64,000 nucleotides of DNA, taken from Fidelibacterota bacterium. Lineage in GTDB: Bacteria > Fidelibacterota > UBA2242 > JAFGTP01. Each line of letters starts with the position of its first letter. The first letter of the stretch is position 1. Shown here piece by piece: positions 61,082 to 64,000 of the stretch. A program made the position numbers and the translations under genes. Under the pieces are notes generated by a model that saw only the letters and a list, made by a program, of their open reading frames with translations, searched no databases and was not told the origin of the DNA. The DNA lies in assembly GCA_016934035.1 (NCBI GenBank), contig JAFGTP010000009.1, positions 1,459 to 65,458 on the forward strand. The letters are read 5' to 3'.

Positions 61082-62071
61082 CTATTTCGCAGATCGGCAG
61101 ATTCTGAAGCCAATTTCACCGTTTACAGTATTTGGTCCCCCGCAACTTGTTAGATTTCTATAGGATGTTTTACACAATAATTCATGATATCTATAGATAC
61201 CACCTTTAATTATAAAGGATGAACCAGTATAACATTGGTTTGATTGAAAAATACTAGTGTCACTTTTAACATTCCTATTAAAATCATAGCAGAATTCAAG
61301 AACATTACCACACATGTCATAAATGCCTAATGGATTTGGTAATTTTTCTCCCACTGGATGGGTTTTGCAATGGTTACTGTCAAGCATAAAATTTACTAAT
61401 TCCATACCAGAATATTTTTCCATTACCTCAAAAGTTAATTTTTTATCTCCTGAATTTTTATAATACCAGGAATATTCGCCAAGAGAAGTTGTGTCATCTG
61501 TACCACTCCATTCCTGTTTCATACCAACACCGCCTATAGCAGCATATTCCCACTCTGCTTCAGTTGGTAATCTATAACCATTAGCATCGGTGTTACAGAT
61601 TATCGTTTCGGTTTTTATTGTATAAAAAGGTCTTAGTTTTTCCTTTTCACTTAGCCAGTTACAATACTCCATGGCACCAAACCATGTTGCCCATGTAACG
61701 GGACATTTGTTATTATCAGAAATTCTATTTTGGTCAAAAATAAACTTACCGGATTTATGTTGAATGGCTGACTTAAAAAAAGCAAAAGAATCTAACTGAA
61801 CAATATAATTCCCATGTAGTTTTCCATCATTAGTAACGCCATCTGCATCATTGAGAAATTTTATAAACTCCTCAAAAGTTACATTGTACTTTGCCATGTA
61901 AAAATCATCAACTGTAACTTCGTGGACTGTTAATGCGTTTCTATCGTTATACTCCTTCCAAATATCACCCATCTGAAAAGTACCGCCTTCAATAAATACC
62001 ATATCATCATTTTGAGGTTTTAAACATGAAGATAGAAAAATTACTGTTAGTAAAATAATTTGTTTGTACAT
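61082..62071 (-). CDS. FGE-sulfatase (SUMF1-like) domain lipoprotein
   Basis: Lipobox LSSC; FQMGD, PVTWATW, YRLPTEAEWEYAA, GIYDMCGNV, GFR. Confidence 0.88.
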   Translation of the reverse strand: MYKQIILLTVIFLSSCLKPQNDDMVFIEGGTFQMGDIWKEYNDRNALTVHEVTVDDFYMAKYNVTFEEFIKFLNDADGVTNDGKLHGNYIVQLDSFAFFKSAIQHKSGKFIFDQNRISDNNKCPVTWATWFGAMEYCNWLSEKEKLRPFYTIKTETIICNTDANGYRLPTEAEWEYAAIGGVGMKQEWSGTDDTTSLGEYSWYYKNSGDKKLTFEVMEKYSGMELVNFMLDSNHCKTHPVGEKLPNPLGIYDMCGNVLEFCYDFNRNVKSDTSIFQSNQCYTGSSFIIKGGIYRYHELLCKTSYRNLTSCGGPNTVNGEIGFRICRSAK

Positions 62072-62239
62072 GATGTGCCTTTAGTTTTGCTTAACTTAAA
62101 ACAAACATAATGTGAAAAATCAATAAATTAAAATGTTAAATTTTATAGTTTTTTATACTTTTTTATATTTCTTTTTAACCTTTTTGGAATTACTCTGTCA
62201 AAACCGTGTGATTCATAATAAACATGAAAGGAAAGACAG

Positions 62240-62659
62240 ATGGATATTCAAAGTATTCAAAACGGTATGGGAAATTTTCCACAAATTTCTAATGAACCTT
62301 TGACTGATGACCAAAAATCCATTATCGAGGAAATATTATCCCAATATGATCCGGTAAATATGACGGATAAAGATAAACATTCTTTGATGGAGGAATTGAA
62401 AGATACTGGTATCGGGCCAAATCGTGAAATCAGGAGCATGGTCAAAGATGCCGGCTTCGAAATTGGCCGCCCACCCCAGGGACCACCGCCTCCAGGTGAT
62501 TCAATGCAGCAAATGAAGGAAATGAATCCTGAAATTGCGGCACTCTTTGAACAAATGAAAAACGGTGAAATGACAGAAGAAGACCTGATGCTAAAGTTAC
62601 AGGAATTCAAGCCTGATATGGGTGAGATGCCCGGTGACTTTTTTGATCAGTTTGTATAA
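62240..62659 (+). CDS. Hypothetical acidic, Met/Pro-rich protein
   Basis: SD-like GGAAAG upstream, PPQGPPPPG tract, downstream terminator. Confidence 0.7.
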   Translation: MDIQSIQNGMGNFPQISNEPLTDDQKSIIEEILSQYDPVNMTDKDKHSLMEELKDTGIGPNREIRSMVKDAGFEIGRPPQGPPPPGDSMQQMKEMNPEIAALFEQMKNGEMTEEDLMLKLQEFKPDMGEMPGDFFDQFV

Positions 62660-62667
62660 GAAAAGTT

Positions 62668-62694
62668 TACAAGCCTCCGTACTGGAGGCTTGTA
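62668..62694. terminator. Hairpin between convergent genes
   Basis: TACAAGCCTCC-GTACT-GGAGGCTTGTA. Confidence 0.75.
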
Positions 62695-62704
62695 GTAATA
62701 AAAA

Positions 62705-63358
62705 TTATCTGCTCTTGTACTTTTGAAAACTATTTATTCCAATAGTTAATATTGGATTAAATAGATAATCTATATTTCCGTTTTGATATTCTGCGAAAGT
62801 AAATAGATCAAGTGCAATATTAAACTGTTTTATTGATAAACTGATATTTGGAATTATTGATAATCCCCCTGAAAATTTTTTATTATCATTAGTCATTAGA
62901 GGAAATAAATTTGATACTAGTTCAAAATGAAAGTTTTTATTTTTACCGATTTTTTTATCATAGTATTGAAATGTTCCAACACCTAGGCCTGTTTTACTAT
63001 TTTTAATGTTATTTTGTATCCAGACAAGTGCTGAAAAATGAATATTATTAAATCTTTTTATATCACTTTGTAATTGCATATAAATTGATTGGATCCAATA
63101 TTGTTTATTATTATCATCAATATCAAATCTAAAATAGGCTGGATTGGTTAAGATATTTTGTTCATCTATATTATATTTATTCAAAATAAAAATAGATCCT
63201 GATGAATTAAAAAGTTCATCAGGATATGAATTTATATATTGCTCTTTATTTACAATACTTGTAGCAAGTTTATTGTAAAATTTTTGTAAGTTATTTTCTT
63301 CTTGGCTGAATGCATAGGTTGATATTAAAATCAATAAAAAAATACTATGTTTTATCAT
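62705..63358 (-). CDS. Hypothetical secreted protein, AT-rich (possible outer-membrane beta-strands)
   Basis: Signal peptide MIKHSIFLLILISTYAFSQ; alternating hydrophobic stretches in the C-terminal half. Confidence 0.6.
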   Translation of the reverse strand: MIKHSIFLLILISTYAFSQEENNLQKFYNKLATSIVNKEQYINSYPDELFNSSGSIFILNKYNIDEQNILTNPAYFRFDIDDNNKQYWIQSIYMQLQSDIKRFNNIHFSALVWIQNNIKNSKTGLGVGTFQYYDKKIGKNKNFHFELVSNLFPLMTNDNKKFSGGLSIIPNISLSIKQFNIALDLFTFAEYQNGNIDYLFNPILTIGINSFQKYKSR

Positions 63359-63361
63359 TTG

Positions 63362-64000
63362 TTACTCTTCATTTATTACTTTTATTTGAAATCCATTACC
63401 TTCTAATAATCGCTGGTCATTTCTATTAAGATATGCTTGAATCATTTTTGTATCAAAATCAGTAATTTTTCCAACAACATCATCTTCTTCGTTATAGATT
63501 GCACCCCAGCCATCTTCTTCTATTCGCCAGTAATATAGCATTGTGGCAGCATATGCTGCATACCAGTAATTAGTATTTCCCATAAAAGATTCAAGGTAGA
63601 AAAAGCCTGTGACTATTAAATTTGCCATATCATTCAGAGCATTAGCGTCTTTACCAAAATCAAATTTACATGGATCATATTCGATTAATTTTAAATTAAG
63701 ATCAGTAAATTCATCATAATCAGGATAGGGCCATTCAGTTGTACCATTTATTGTTTTCCAATAATGTCTATCATGATAGCTTAAACCACTACGTTCCCAA
63801 CAAGTATATTTAATTTAATTTTATTTTCATTATTCGGATATTTTGCTCCAATGTGCCATCCGTGATCATTGTCTTTATCAGGATCGTAAAGTTGAAAATA
63901 AAGTTCGGCTTTTCCTTTCCATCATGGTTCATAATCCATTGCATCTTTTGTTACTTTTACAGAAACAATTTTAAAACTTCCGCTAATAACTGGATTGTCG
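63362..64000 (-). pseudogene. Disrupted gene of unknown function (in-frame TGA plus frameshift), running off the right edge
   Basis: Frame from the edge reads ...DAMDYEP*WKGKAELYF... (TGA at 63922-63924). A 5-nt duplication at 63812-63821 shifts it out of the frame that continues KYTCWERSG...MANLIVTG to the stop at 63362. Confidence 0.65.

Overview
Mostly core chromosome of a low-GC Gram-negative bacterium, probably FCB superphylum (inferred from the rplM-rpsI-rpsB-tsf-pyrH-frr order, a T9SS-type C-terminal sorting domain and LPS core genes). It carries pyrR-pyrB-pyrC with a PyrR attenuator, rnpB, a 6S RNA candidate, recJ, ybeY, mazG, der, tex, translation genes, a lone trpB under a Trp-leader attenuator, a wbpE/D/B-like plus PHP plus cysC/D/N block, selA, tatC, waaA, rimO and mtaB. 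Both edges look accessory: PEGA/FGE-domain and LPP20-like genes plus a REP-like duplication on the left, and AT-rich hypothetical genes plus a pseudogene on the right. The main oddities are an in-frame PgsA-like phosphatidyltransferase-FtsY fusion, a cysteine desulfurase-SelD fusion inside a tightly coupled nadC/hypothetical/thiN/symporter operon, a PAPS-supply module with a putative PAP phosphatase, an extra helix in loop L13 of RNase P RNA, and a possible DGR-type variable region. No tRNA, rRNA, CRISPR array, transposase or reverse transcriptase was recognised. All calls come from reading motifs by eye; no database search was run.
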